A DNA stretch of 64,000 nt from Mytilus trossulus. Its lineage: Eukaryota. Within the stretch, counting starts at the first letter, position 1. The number at the start of each line of letters is the position of its first letter. Below the pieces are notes generated by a model. The model was not told where the DNA came from. It did not search any database and saw nothing but the letters and a program-made list of their open reading frames with translations. Shown here one piece after another: positions 41,090 through 53,992 of the stretch. The position numbers and the translations under genes are program-made. The stretch lies in contig NC_086374.1 in the NCBI RefSeq assembly GCF_036588685.1, positions 97,030,001-97,094,000 of the forward strand. Direction: 5' to 3'.

Positions 41090-42748
41090 TTCAAATCATT
41101 AACTGTTGACATACATGTAGACTGTACTTTTAATTATTTTGATAAAACAATACAAATGTCAAAAACAAATTATTCAATGGACCATGGCTCAGAGCAAGGC
41201 TTCCAAAACGGTCATATATGCCGGTCATTTGTATAATGTCCGGTAAAAGACCAGCTGGGCAAAGCATGAAACGGTCATATACTTTTTAGTTTCAAAGACT
41301 TTTTCGGTCATTTTAAAATATAAATTCACGATCTTTTTGACCCAACATTTTGCCTTTAACAGCCATACATTTCCGGTCATAAAAGTGACATGATGATTAA
41401 TTACTATCAAAACAACCCCTACCTCAATACTTTCTAATTATAATCAAGGCTAATTATAGTTGTTGGACAGCTGAAAACTACCTATTCAGGTGACAGGTAA
41501 ACTATTTTCAGTTAGTACCGGACATTGTATAATTTAATCGGTCCATTCCCAATTATTTTCGTACATTTCAGCAGCTTGTATCTAACTGATTTAAAATATA
41601 TAAAACGTTTTAAATGAAAAATCGTCTGCACGACGTTGTATGAACAAGAACATGTGTGCGCATGTGCACAGGTAGGAAATTCAATTATGCATCCTACATT
41701 TCTTCAAAAATGCTAAAAGTATCATTGATACCTGTATCTAACGTTCATTTCAAGTATTTTGTTGAAGAAATAACGTGGAAAGAGCTTCTTCGCTCAGTAG
41801 TTCTATGTAACGTACACGGATTTTACGTATCCGTTTATGGTCCATGTTTTACCATTGTCAAGTCAACATCCAGTTTTGAAAAATGTGACTTTAAAAACGA
41901 AAATAAAGTTCTAGACAACTTCATTTTGCACAAATAAAGAGTCTAATGCAGATATGAGCACGCTGATGTGCACACTTTGAATGATGCAATGCCAATTTTA
42001 ACAGTTTATGTCAGAACATCAAATTCATATCAAAGTAAAGTTTAATATCGATTTTAATTTAATGTCAATCATTGGGATGGCCATCTGATTACCATAATTA
42101 CATTTTGTGACTTTGTCTTAGGAATTAAAATTTCGGTTCAGATATAAAATGTCCGGCTGGCTCAGAAAAATTTTGGAAGCCCTGGCTCAGAGGCAGGGTC
42201 ATTTCAAAGGAAATGAGATTTGCCAATGCTATTGCACCTGCATACCAAATATTATTGACTTACCGTAATTGGTTATCCATAAGCATAAGCTGACCTCATC
42301 ACAAACTTAAACAACTGTTGATGATGACACCAAAACTTCAAAGTCCAAAAAATATTTCAAGAAACAAAAAAAATGACCATGACCACAAAGGGTTTATTTA
42401 ACCGATATTGCTTATTCAAATCATTAACTGTTGACATACATGTAGACTGTACTTTTAATTATTTTGATAAAACAATACTAATGTCAAAAACAAATTATTC
42501 AATGGACCATGGCTCAGAGGCAGGGTAATTTCAAAGGAAATGAGATTTGCCAATGCTATTGCACCTGCATACCAAATATATTGACTTACCGTAATTGGTT
42601 ATCCATAAGCATAAGCTGACCTAATCACAAACTTAAACAACTGTTGATGATGACACCAAAAACTTCAAAGTCCAAAAAAATATTTCAAGAATAAAAAAAA
42701 ACTGACCATGACCACAAAGGGTTTATTTAACCGATATTGCTTATTCAA
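41090..42748. repeat. Tandem duplication of ~330 bp; first copy interrupted by the hAT element
   Basis: ttcaaatcattaactgttgacatacatgtagac... starts at ~41090 and ~42415; both copies end in ...ccgatattgcttattcaa. Confidence 0.9.
41195..42184. mobile_element. Non-autonomous hAT-type DNA transposon, 990 bp
   Basis: TIRs caaggcttccaaaa / ttttggaagccctg (13 of 14 match); 8-bp TSD gctcagag at 41187-41194 and 42185-42192; empty site at 42512-42519. Confidence 0.9.
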
Positions 42749-45032
42749 TTTTGCACATATCTTTGAGCAATTAAAGTTGAAATACTATATATTGTAAAGA
42801 TCTACAACCTTAAATAGCAATTATAATTCTTTGGAAATCACTTTAAACTCCCAAGATACAAAGAAAATAACAAACAAATTCTGTATTACATCTAAAAATA
42901 AAATCACTTCCAAAGAGGCCCAACTTTACAAACATCCATTTAATATTTACTACCCAAACTATAGCTTTAATAGATCATTTCAACCTATTTGCTTTGAAAT
43001 TGTCATGATTAAGTGTTTTAACAAAAGACCAGACACCTTCATTAACTTGAACTGTATATATAAATTTTGACTGACCATGCAAAGGTTAAACAGCCAGTCA
43101 AGGTTGTTCAAAACCACCCTAATAGTGATATAAACTTAAAATCAAGTTAGGAATATATTTCCCTACTTCAAATATACAACTAGAGGCACCAAGGTTGTGC
43201 CTTGGTTTATTCAATAATATAAATTGTGGCCTACAAACTACAAACCACTGACATCTTGACAGCAATCTATTGATTCTTATATACAATGTAAATAGTGTAC
43301 AATGTACATGTACATGTATGTTTATGCTTAAAAAAAAGTTAAAAGTGATGACCTTGACTAAGAATTTTAAAAGTCATTACAAATGTGTATTGTCATTTTT
43401 ATGATATTTTATTATCAGTTTGTATTTCAAAATGTGTATTGAAAGTGAACTCAGAGAGAGTATACAATGTAAAGAGATATTTTTTTCCCTAGTTGACCAG
43501 TGTTCTTTCAAGACCACAAAAAATCAAGTACACTACAATGCACATGTAAAATCACTGGTATTTAGAGCCTTGTTCAAAGTATGTAAAATGTTGTAGGTTG
43601 AATTTATGTGAAAGCTTTTAGGACTTGAGAATTTCAGGAAAGGTATATAAAGTATCTTAAACATGAACTTATGTCCAGTGTTCTTTTAGATTCATGGTAA
43701 TTTCTTTCTTTTCATTTTCCTCCCATAGTAACCCAAATGGAAAAACCATAAGCAAGAATGACAAATGCGACTATGCATGGTACCTACAGGACACAGAAGC
43801 AAGATGATTAAATAATTTATTGTGGAAGGAAAAGAAGACACAAATTGATGTCTTCTCATTTAATAGAATACAATCTGTTGCAAGGACCACTTCCCACCTT
43901 TACAAAAATAATTTAAAAATGAATATGAAATTTGGCAGAAATTTTATAAAATAGTTGCATGCTTGGAAGGAGATAATCATTCTGTACAAAGAGGGATAAC
44001 TCAAATTGTTTAATTTAATAACTTTTCCCTGTCTTATTTAAATAAAAAATATAGAAGTTTGATAAACAAGAATTTTGATCATTGAGAAACTTAATGTTTC
44101 CTTCCTTTAACAATACAATGCATACATGTAAATTTGTACATGTATGTGATTAAAATGTTATTTTTACAGAATTATCTCCCTGTACGTGTTATGAACCACC
44201 TTACTGTGCTTGTACAATGAACATCATATTGGTAGTCAGGACCTTCAGATTATCTTTAAAAATTTTCATTTTAAATCCCCCAACTTGGTTACAATACTAT
44301 TTTGTACATTAAGATCCTTTATTAATATAAGATTTGTTTCTCTTATTTAATATTAGTGTCATTGATATATGAAAAAATTTCCCGTCTGGGGCATAGCCGG
44401 GTCCTTTTGAAGTGCATGCCAACTAGGGGGAGATTAATCCCCCAATAAGATTTTTTTAGCTAGACGCAAAATGGTGCGTTCTGAGGGCCTAAAATTGGTT
44501 TGAATAGCAAATTCTTAAGACTGTATTTGATCATTTTTGATTGAGAAACATCACTTTTCTTTTAATTTGCCCTTTGTATTTTAGCTGCAACAAAAACGTC
44601 CATGGCCTTGTCTAAATTTACCTCAAAATCACTGTAGATTTTACCCAAAGCCGACTATCTGTCATTTCTCATAGCGGAACGAATGTACATTTTAAAACGT
44701 TTCAGTACGCTTAAAGACATTTCAGCTGTAGCACTAGCAATGGGCATTATTACATGTAGGTGAACAAACAGTATTGTATCATTGTATCAATAGACAGATA
44801 CAATGCTGGGTTAACGATATCAAGCGTTTGACAGTGCTGTCTGCTCTTTATGACTAGGTAAGAATTGACATCAAGCTCACCAGCATTCAAACTCTCTATT
44901 GAAGTCTTCTTAAGTCCACACACACACACAAAAATCTAGGAAAAAAGGCTACATGTAACATTGACTAGAGGTTCATGACTTGGAACAGGTACAAAATTGC
45001 AAATTTTGATAATAGTGGTTCAACACACTTAA

Positions 45033-45596
45033 AGTCATATGAAACGAGTGAGTGGTGAAAAAAAATGTTTGTCCAATTCTTGAACCAAGCATGTAAACAT
45101 TATAAACTTAGTCCTCTGTGCACGATTTTATCATTATTTTCTCAAATATATCATATAATTGTCAATTTTTTTCTCTCTGTTTTTTATGATTTAACAAATA
45201 TGGCTGCTCATTAAATGCCGTGTTTTGAAGCCGAGTTTTACCGATTGTCACTTTATAGTAAACAAATCACAAAAAGCATGGGTATTGAGCACGTGTTTAA
45301 CATGTATAATCAGATATTTGTTTATTTCAATGACAGATCCATGCGTATTGTGGTCACCGGATTTTTACGAGGAAGGTTACGCTCGGGTCACTATGCATAC
45401 GGAAAATATGTCGGCGAATTGCTTGCTGGAAGCAAGCAATTAAAAATAAGTAAACTTCTTCTAAATGTGGACAAATTAAAGAATTTTCCTCAGAAAAGAG
45501 TATATGTACATAAGTTGTATAATGCAAATTTAAACTATCCATTTACTTATAAAAAACATATGCATATTTTTTTTTAATTTAAGGTTTCTTATGACT
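45033..45596. mobile_element. TTAA-flanked non-autonomous DNA transposon (Kolobok-like), 564 bp
   Basis: ttaa|AGTCATATGAAAC ... GTTTCTTATGACT|ttaa; TIR 12 of 13; AG..CT termini fit Kolobok better than piggyBac. Confidence 0.75.
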
Positions 45597-46254
45597 TTAA
45601 GAGTTACAGATTAAACAGTTTACGTACCCCTTAATAAGCCTTATAAGTGTGGTGGACAGACGGGCGAACGGAATCGAGTGGCAGCTGTTGCTACACCTGA
45701 CTTTTGTACTGATGCACATTGTAGTACGTTCTTTGTTTCTGAAAGGTTATGTTTTCCAGTTTGTACAAATGTATGTCGACTGCTCATTGCATTTGCGTTT
45801 AACAAACAAATCATACACGTACTATTGTTCATATAATCAAATTTCAAATTTGAGGCCAATTGTTCTGTTCCATGCATTGGAGGTAGTAATGCGGAATCGG
45901 ATGAAGTCTTGAAAGGCTACTTTTTTTAAAAAAAATTATGCGTTGACGCCTTATTTTGAAGAAGATGTCACAACAGAACACTCAAAATATACCTCAGAAC
46001 TGCACAAATTACAATAAAACTACAGAAATATACCACAGAACATTAAAAATACTTTATAAACTAGTACTGCAAATCTGTAATAATTCTGAATAATGCAAAA
46101 AAAATTCACCCTTATAAATTAAAAACGATTTTAGTCAGGGTTGTAGTAATAGATATACTGTAATGTTTTCTTATTTACTTGGGTCAACTTAAATTTTACT
46201 TGTTTATATTTTTATTTTATTTTCCGGCGAAAACGATATAGTATATATTTGATT

Positions 46255-46393
46255 AGGGGCCAGCTGAAGGATGCCTCCAGGTGCGGGAATTTCTAGTTAC
46301 ATTGAAGACCTGTTGGTTACCTTCTGCTGTTGTTTTTTTATTTGGTCGGGTTGTTGTCTCTTTGACACATTCCCCATTTCCATTCTCAATTTT
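46255..46393. mobile_element. Dispersed repeat ending in ttgtctctttgacacattccccatttccattctcaattt
   Basis: Homologous copies at ~10104-10182, ~28350-28423 and ~29270-29405. Confidence 0.7.
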
Positions 46394-46559
46394 ACTTTTT
46401 TAATTGTCTGGGTTTAGTTGCAATAGACATTTTTTATTTTATTTTAGAGGCATAAACACAACTAATAAATGTCTGATAGAAGAGAAAGTGGAACTAGGCA
46501 TTGTCAATCTTGTTGTTACCATTTCGCTTTAGAGGGGTTTACCAAAATTAATATCAAAT

Positions 46560-49140
46560 CTTCTTCTTCTCTTCTTCTTCCGAATACGGGAGTAGACTCC
46601 TAGGTAGGAGTGTAAAACTTCCCGGAACTTGTGTGCTATGTACATATGGACTTAATTTAAAAACAATATGACAAAGAAAAATCGTTATCAATAACATATA
46701 TACATTATGTACAGTGGCTTTAAAGTTTAATAAGTTGCTGTGGATCCTTCAAGTGTTAGAGTGGATATGCCACTTTTGAAGGATTCCAGGGTGTCAGACA
46801 TACCTATTGCTTCAGGTAGTGAGTTCCAGTCCGAAATAGTGCGAGGATAAAATGAAAATTTATAAAAATCTTTATTTGTGGATATTTGCCTAAATTTATG
46901 TTTCCCCCTAGTGCGTCTATCAGAAATTGTTAAGTTGTCCTTAGGAACTTCCACTAACCCCCAATTTATTTTATACAGCATAGTTAATCTAGCCTTCTTC
47001 CTTCTAGATTCTAAATTTTCCCATTCCAATGATTTTATTAAATTTGAAACTGCTCCAGGTGATCTGTCTTTATAATCATTAAAGACAAACCTGGCTGCCT
47101 TACGCTGTACCTGCTCAACCTGAGTGATGTGTTGTTTTTTGTACGGATCCCAGACAGGGGAAGAGTATTCGACGACCGGACGGACAAGTGATGTGTACGT
47201 AAGGTTTTTAACCTTACGTGTGCAGTTTTTTAAGTTCCTACGAAGAAAACCTAAGGTCTTATTTGCCTTACAAGTAATATTGTCAATATGCGTTCCCCAA
47301 TCAAGATCATGGCTTATAGTTACGCCTAAATATTTGCTGTCTTTTACTGCTTCTAAAATATGATTATGTAATATATAATCAAAAGTTGAAGGTTTACTTT
47401 TTTTAGAAATATGAATTACATAACACTTCTCAGGATTAAAATTCATTTGCCAATCCTCTTCCCATTTTACTAAACTAGACAAATCTTTTTGAAGTAATTG
47501 TGCATCAAAACTATTATTTACATTTCTATATAATAAACAGTCATCTGCAAAAAGTCTTGCATTGCAAGTTACATGTTCGGGTAGGTCATTTATAAAGAGT
47601 AAAAATAATGTTGGGCCTAAAACTGTTCCCTGAGGGACACCAGAATCAACTGCTAATTTTGAAGATTTTACACCGTTTAATAGTACTTGCTGTTGCCTGT
47701 CAGCTAAAAAGTCATTTATCCAATTTAAATTTTGATTTCTAATACCATAAAATTCTAATTTCTGGGCTAATCTTTTATGGGGGACTTTATCGAAAGCTTT
47801 GGAAAAATCTAAAAGTATGACATCTATTTGGTTACCATATCCCAATGATTTAGCAAGATCTTGTATGCTGATGATAAGTTGGGTCTCACAAGACCTTTTG
47901 CTTCTAAACCCATGCTGACTATCATTTAATATGTTATTAATTGTAAGGTGTTTCCTTATATTGCTTGTTAAAATATGTTCTAAAATTTTGCAACATATTG
48001 CAGTTAATGAAACTGGTCTATAATTAATAGCGTTATGCTTGTCACCTTTTTTAAATATAGGTACAACATTAGCCTGCTTCCAATCATTTGGGATTTTACC
48101 AGTATCAATAGATTTTTGGAAAAAGAATGTCAAAAATGGAGACAATTCTTCTGCAAAATTATGTAAAAAATATGCTGGCAGATTATCAGGGCCAGTGGCT
48201 TTATGTGGATTTAAGTTTTTAAGTAATTTTAATAAGCCATTATTACTAATAAATATGTCTGGCATAGTGGGGTGGGGACTTGTACCTTTATTTGGCATAG
48301 AGGATGTATCTTCGGTTGTAAAAGCCTTTTTAAATTGTTCGTTTAGGATGTTAGCTTGTGTATTCGGCTCACTATACAATAAGCCATCCTTTCCTCTTAA
48401 TGGTGACACTCCAGATGTTTCTGTTTTTTTGCTTTTAATAAATTGCCAGAAAGATTTAGGTTTTTCTTCTAACTGGGGGCTAATTATTTCTTGCATATAT
48501 GTGCTCTGGGCTCTTCTTATTTCTCTTTGAGCAGTAGCTTTTAACTTTTTATATTTATCTTTATGTTCTTGTTTACCAGTTTTTTTAGCTTTGTTGTAAG
48601 CTTTACGTTGCTTTTTACATAAATGGTCTATATCCCTATTTGCCCAAGGGTTGGTGTATTTAGATTTAGTGATTTTGCTTGGTACATTATCATCTATTAT
48701 TTTATTACTACCTTCTTTGAATTTATTCCATAATTGGTCAATATTTAAATTTTCATTAGTCTGAGATATAAGTTCAGATATAAAATGAGATGTTACGTCT
48801 TTTATCTTTTTAATGTCTACCTTTTTCCATAAATAAATTTTATGTTGTGATTGTTTAGATCTTTGGGGCTTGCAGATTGCATCCACTAAAACAATATCAT
48901 GGTCAGATATACCTGGTATAGATTTTATTTTTGTTATTAATGCAGGTTGGTTTGTGCAGAAAAGGTCAAGTATATTATCTTTCCTAGTTGGAAAATCAAC
49001 CATTTGTTCAATGCCTAAGTTGTTAAGCATATCTATAAATGCTTCATTCAGCTCCTTAGGATACATTGAGCCAGATATATTTTGCTCAGCACAAATTATA
49101 TTATGATTATCTCTATAAAGTAGACTTACAACTGCACTTA
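46560..49140 (-). mobile_element. CR1/L2-group non-LTR retrotransposon, 5'-truncated
   Basis: Uninterrupted ORF2 remnant, ~150-nt 3'UTR, (GAA)n tail at 46561-46580. No ORF1, no clear TSD; 5' boundary approximate. Confidence 0.92.
46727..49066 (-). CDS. LINE ORF2 fragment: end of APE endonuclease + complete reverse transcriptase + C-terminus
   Basis: PTRKDNILDL and ISDHDIV (end of EN); KATGPD, YRPVSLT, QHGFR, DFSKAFDKVPH, GVPQGTVLGP, FADD, KYLGV (RT); SFYPRTISDWNSLP C-terminus typical of the CR1 group. Confidence 0.93.
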   Translation of the reverse strand: MYPKELNEAFIDMLNNLGIEQMVDFPTRKDNILDLFCTNQPALITKIKSIPGISDHDIVLVDAICKPQRSKQSQHKIYLWKKVDIKKIKDVTSHFISELISQTNENLNIDQLWNKFKEGSNKIIDDNVPSKITKSKYTNPWANRDIDHLCKKQRKAYNKAKKTGKQEHKDKYKKLKATAQREIRRAQSTYMQEIISPQLEEKPKSFWQFIKSKKTETSGVSPLRGKDGLLYSEPNTQANILNEQFKKAFTTEDTSSMPNKGTSPHPTMPDIFISNNGLLKLLKNLNPHKATGPDNLPAYFLHNFAEELSPFLTFFFQKSIDTGKIPNDWKQANVVPIFKKGDKHNAINYRPVSLTAICCKILEHILTSNIRKHLTINNILNDSQHGFRSKRSCETQLIISIQDLAKSLGYGNQIDVILLDFSKAFDKVPHKRLAQKLEFYGIRNQNLNWINDFLADRQQQVLLNGVKSSKLAVDSGVPQGTVLGPTLFLLFINDLPEHVTCNARLFADDCLLYRNVNNSFDAQLLQKDLSSLVKWEEDWQMNFNPEKCYVIHISKKSKPSTFDYILHNHILEAVKDSKYLGVTISHDLDWGTHIDNITCKANKTLGFLRRNLKNCTRKVKNLTYTSLVRPVVEYSSPVWDPYKKQHITQVEQVQRKAARFVFNDYKDRSPGAVSNLIKSLEWENLESRRKKARLTMLYKINWGLVEVPKDNLTISDRRTRGKHKFRQISTNKDFYKFSFYPRTISDWNSLPEAIGMSDTLESFKSGISTLTLEGSTATY

Positions 49141-49312
49141 GACTTAGTGATACATAAAAGCTGTATTTTCCGTTATTTACCGATCATTTTAATCTACAAA
49201 ATTATTTTGAATATAATTTTGGCGAGTTAGCTAAATGCAAAACATCACATAATATTTTTGTTGGGCCTTCGTTACACAGTAACCTGCAAATGTTTGTTTT
49301 ATGTACACTTAC

Positions 49313-49560
49313 TTATGAAACCTATAATATGAAAATATAAGCAATTATTGTGTTGTCTATTATAAATGTCTATTCATTCTGGTTGCATGATTTTCTGTCA
49401 TCCCTTCGCAATGTAAACACTGGCTAGGCAAACATGCCTCGACGAACTCCAAAATTCGCCGCCATTTTGTAACATATATTTGGATGACGGGTAAACTGGT
49501 CCCGACTGGTTTCCGCCATAATTCTCGGTTTATTCGCCCTGCTCAAAACAGCTAATTTTA
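49313..49560 (-). promoter_or_regulatory. Putative promoter and non-coding exon 1 of the CEP350-like gene
   Basis: Locally CpG-rich; perfect YY1-type motif CAAAATGGCGGC (49458-49469, minus); gtaagt donor at 49307-49312. TSS position is inferred. Confidence 0.55.
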
Positions 49561-52500
49561 TCAAAGTTTATACAATATTTTGAAAGCTGTTCTTAGAACT
49601 ATCATTTACCTTTAAGTATATATGTCTCTGTTGATAACTATTACATTGAGAAAATCGTTAATAAAAAAAGAATTCCTTGGGGATAAATTAATTCGAGTTC
49701 AACGTTTTCAAACTTGTTTTCGGATGTTTTGCCGTGTATTAAACCTACGTTGTTCTAATGTCACTAAATTATTTTGGCGAACGTGGTCAATTTTTATTCG
49801 GCCATCAATAATATGGTATACAAATGTCCAGCGTCCCGCCCGGCTGTCCGGCGTCCATATATGTCGCATCCTAACTTCAAGAACCACTTATCCAAATATG
49901 TTTTGAACAATAAAATATGTTTAAACTAAACTTATCCAAATTTCACGAAACTTAACAGGCTTAACACATTTGTGTCTTATGATGGTCAAACGATTTGTAT
50001 ACTTTTTGGTGAAAAAAAGAATTAAACTTTTTGAGTAACAGGACTTTATAACTAAAACAGGGGGGGGGGGGGGGGGTCACATGTCACGTCATATCTGAAA
50101 AACGGAAAAACGATTTATGAATATTGCTTAAAACTTTACACACTTCTTAATTATGTTAATCAAAAGATCCGTATACTTTTTAGTAATGATTCAAAATTTT
50201 GAATTAGACTGTTATTGAGGTTTTTTTGTGTAAAAAAAAGGGGCGGTGGGGGTTTTACATCGATCATTAGTGCAGCACCGTATCTCAGAAACTATTTTAT
50301 TATTGCATAACAATTCACACACAAGACAAAGGGCGTATCATTCGTTCGTGGCGCAGCTGTTTATTACTGCTTCAGAAACTGGAATTTGCAGCGAGAAGCA
50401 CATAACTTTGTCATGCAAACCCAGTTATCACGAATCCTAATATATGCTTGTTGCGGCGCAGACACAGGGACTTGCGGCTGGTTTAATAGCTCTTTCAAAT
50501 TTTGTATAATTATCGTCAATGCTTTTCAAGTCTTTTTACTGCGTACTTTCTGTCTATTAGTAATTCATTATCAACGTATTTCACAGGTATTAATATTTCT
50601 TTTTTTTCTAACAATGTAAAGTTAACTACATGATACACATTCGCAGGATTTTTCAGTATTCAAAATTTTAGATCTGCCAACAGAGTCCATGTGGGCACTG
50701 GCAAGTGAGACTCTTGTTTTTATCCATCGATAGACCTTCCCATATACTGAAATATATGGATACCGAACCTCAGTTCCCGTTGATAAAAAAAGTGTATAAA
50801 TTATGGTTGAAGAAAAGACACATTTTTCCCTACCCTTTTTTTTCCAAAATCCGTTATTTTTTCGTTTTCTCTTATAATACTTAAAGTCTTTCAATTTTTT
50901 TCGCGTTTTTTCTATATTATAAGAACATTAATATACATAAAATAACATTTATTAGCTATTTACTATCAACAATTCAAATGTTAATAGCAACAGAGACATA
51001 TATTATATGTCTCTGATAGCAAATACTCGTTATTTGTAGTATATTTATGTTCTTACAATACAGAAAAACGCAAAAATAATTGAAAAAGAAAAAATAACAG
51101 ATTTTGGAAAAAAAGGAAAGAGACTGAAAAAATACTGTCCTGACAAGAAGTTGCAAGTAAAACTTGAACAACTTTACTTATTACTTGAATGTTTTAATCA
51201 TAATCATTCAAAAATAAATTATTGAGTTACCTCCCGTATACTGGTAAGTACTGGTGATCAATTACACGACTAAAAGTATAAAAAAAGAAGATGTGGTATG
51301 TTTTCCAATGAGGCAACTTTCCACAAGAGACCAAATGACAAAGAAATTAATAACTATAGGTTATTGTACGGCCTTCAATAATGAGAAAATCCTATACCGC
51401 ATAGCCGGCTATAAAAGGCCCCGAAATGACAATGTAAAACAATTCAAACCAGAAAACTAACGGCCTTATTCATGTACAAAAAAATGAACGAAAAACAAAT
51501 AAGTAGCATATCAACAAAAGATAACCACTGAATAACAGGCTCCTGACTTGGTACAGGCACATACATACAGAATGTATCGGGGGTAAACGTGTTAGTGGGG
51601 TTAAACATGTTAGCGGGATCTAAACATTTAAGACTAAAGAGATATAGGAGATCATAGGAAGATGTGGTATGAGTGCCAATGAGTCAACTCTCCATCCAAA
51701 TAACAATTTATAAAAGTAAACCATTAAAGGTCAAGGTAGAGTCTTGTGATAAAGTGATAAAGGTTCCTTATCACTTTTGAAGGACAAGTTTTCAACCTAG
51801 TGTGTGATGATTGTAGGAAGCGGCTTTTAGAAGTTCAAAGACAACAAGTTGTCCAAGCCTTGGTCAATTATCCTTTTCTGGAGAACATGTAGCTCCAATA
51901 TGTCATGTTCGTACCGTAATTAATCAATGGAAGGGGAACAGTCGGGACCGGAGGCTCTCAAAGATGATGTTACGATGAAGGCCAATAGTTTTGATGGATA
52001 TATGCCTTGGATGCTTCTTTAAATTACATTACATATAGAATGATCGAGTTACCTCCCGTGTACGGTATAGGGTTTTCTTATTGTTGAATGTCGTACATAT
52101 ATAATTGCTTAAGGCTACTTACTCCATTTGAACTTTGGTGGAAAGTTGTCTCATTGGCAATCATACCACATCTCCTCTCCTTATTTTTATAATAAAAATA
52201 TAGTATGCATAATCTAATATATATTACTACATTTAGAGGATGAATCTGGGCAAATATACCAGCGACGCAATGTTAAGTAGAATACTGACATTTTGCACCT
52301 ATAGTCAATTCAAACGACTATGTAAAAAAAATTCCAGGAACCAGTACGCAATTAACGTTGAGCACATTCTTAGTGCAGAAATATCCAGCGGGTTATCATC
52401 CTCCATAATAAGGAGAAAAATAGCCAGTATAAATATTAAAATAGGCGACTATAGACTTAATTCCGTCTTCCAACAGTTCTTTTATTTTGAAATCACTGGA

Positions 52501-53992
52501 CACGATGGAACCATTTATGGGATAGAAGCTCGTCTATATAATTAAGCACATGAGTTCATTTTCAGTTCTCAGTGAGGCTTGTGTCGTTCTATCTTAAGTT
52601 TTCTATGTAGTGTGGTGTTCTGCACATGTTGACTTTATTTTGCCTTCACATTGTTTCTATTTTGATAAATGCGTTGTATTTTTTACCCACTTATGAGGGT
52701 CACTTGTGTGCCCCTACAACCTACTCCTTTTACGCTGGCTTGCATTTTTTTCGACGTCCAACATATAGTTGAATTAAACCGACTATATATATATAATCAT
52801 TAAGGACACGGAAAACTCGACTTCTGATATTTTAACAGATTTACAACGCATTTTTCTTCTTTTACGTAGATTATTGGATTCTACTCAGTTCAAGTTAAGA
52901 ATAAAATCGGTGGGTTTCTTTCCTTACCGTGAGCTAAATTCTTCCGTTAGTTAACTAATGAATTTAAGTGGCTTCGTTACAAGAAAAACACGATTTTCAT
53001 CCATGATTTACTGACTGTTTGAAGATTGAGTTTCTTTAAAGAACGGAATAGCTCTGTGAGATGGTTTAGATAACCGGAAAGACGTGAACGCTAGATTATT
53101 GTATTGTTCTGGAAGCACACGGGGAAACGACGTCCGGACCGCGATCATTAATTAATAGAGAAATTCTTAAAAACATAATGGATTAGATATGTACTGGACA
53201 AAAACTATAAAAATTTAAAAAAAAACTATCTAAGATATGACAATAGACGGTTTTATGAGCTCATTAATTTGTGCATAAGTGCTTACTATATTCAAGGTAC
53301 AACCTACATTGCCGCTTCTATACATAACCGAACAATTACAATACAGTCTCAAATAGAGCTATAGGGTTTAATTCATTTTTCTTGATCTTTAGTTTCTTTC
53401 GGTCTGATTAATATGTACAGACATCCTGAAAAAAATAGAGTACTTCCTAGCGAGACCACACGTATATTGTGCAGCTGAAGATAGCAAAAACATTCTTAAT
53501 TCTGACATTGAAAATCATACCACATCTTCTTATTTTTATATCTAGTATCATATGCGATACACAAATTTCAGAAAGGATAACATAAATGTTATGATAGAAC
53601 TATATTATGCCTTTCTGACATTGCCGACGACGCTAAATTTGAACTTGAATACATGTGACTCAAATGACATTTTTATTTAAACAGTTTCATACATCTTTTT
53701 CAATGACATCTTTTTATGTTGTGATGTTATACTATTGATTCAGAAAAAGATAGTATTAAAAAACGTGTATGAATTACATGTAAAACAAAACAAAAAGATT
53801 TATAAATATTTATTTGTCTCATTTTTATCACAGCTACATGCATGATAATGGACAGGGTCTGTGTTTGCAGTCGGAATTCAGTAAAGTACTTGAGCAACCT
53901 TGATCCATAATTGAAACGAAACCGACTCGGAACTTGGACCACATAGCATTAGAACGTCGAGTGCAGGTCGAAACTAAATACCATATATTAAA

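Larger units (their letters stand above)
5740..49475 (-). other. CEP350: CEP350-like gene (centrosome-associated protein 350), 5' portion; continues beyond the left edge
   Basis: Exons 39624-39690, 28550-28593, 26540-26671, 24726-24795, 21895-22401 and 5740-5799 have AG/GT borders and matching phases (1,0,0,1,1,1) and join into one open frame. Motifs DIARAW..LRKIEHRL, TRKISKK, KRVDFRD..LREIN, EIRFLNE, LAKIKEKIKRQQE resemble human CEP350 motifs recalled as DITTSW..LRHIENKL, TRKISRK, RVEFRE..YREIH, VVRFLND, LEKLKERIRKQWE, in the same order. No database search run. Confidence 0.85.

Noticed and set aside
46878-49106. Plus-strand ORFs over the LINE (and 54594-55467 over the kinase)
   Set aside because: Antisense shadows of real coding sequence with no recognisable motifs.
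50060-50076. Poly-G run as a promoter G-quadruplex
   Set aside because: Homopolymer next to a repeat remnant; length unreliable and no evidence of function.
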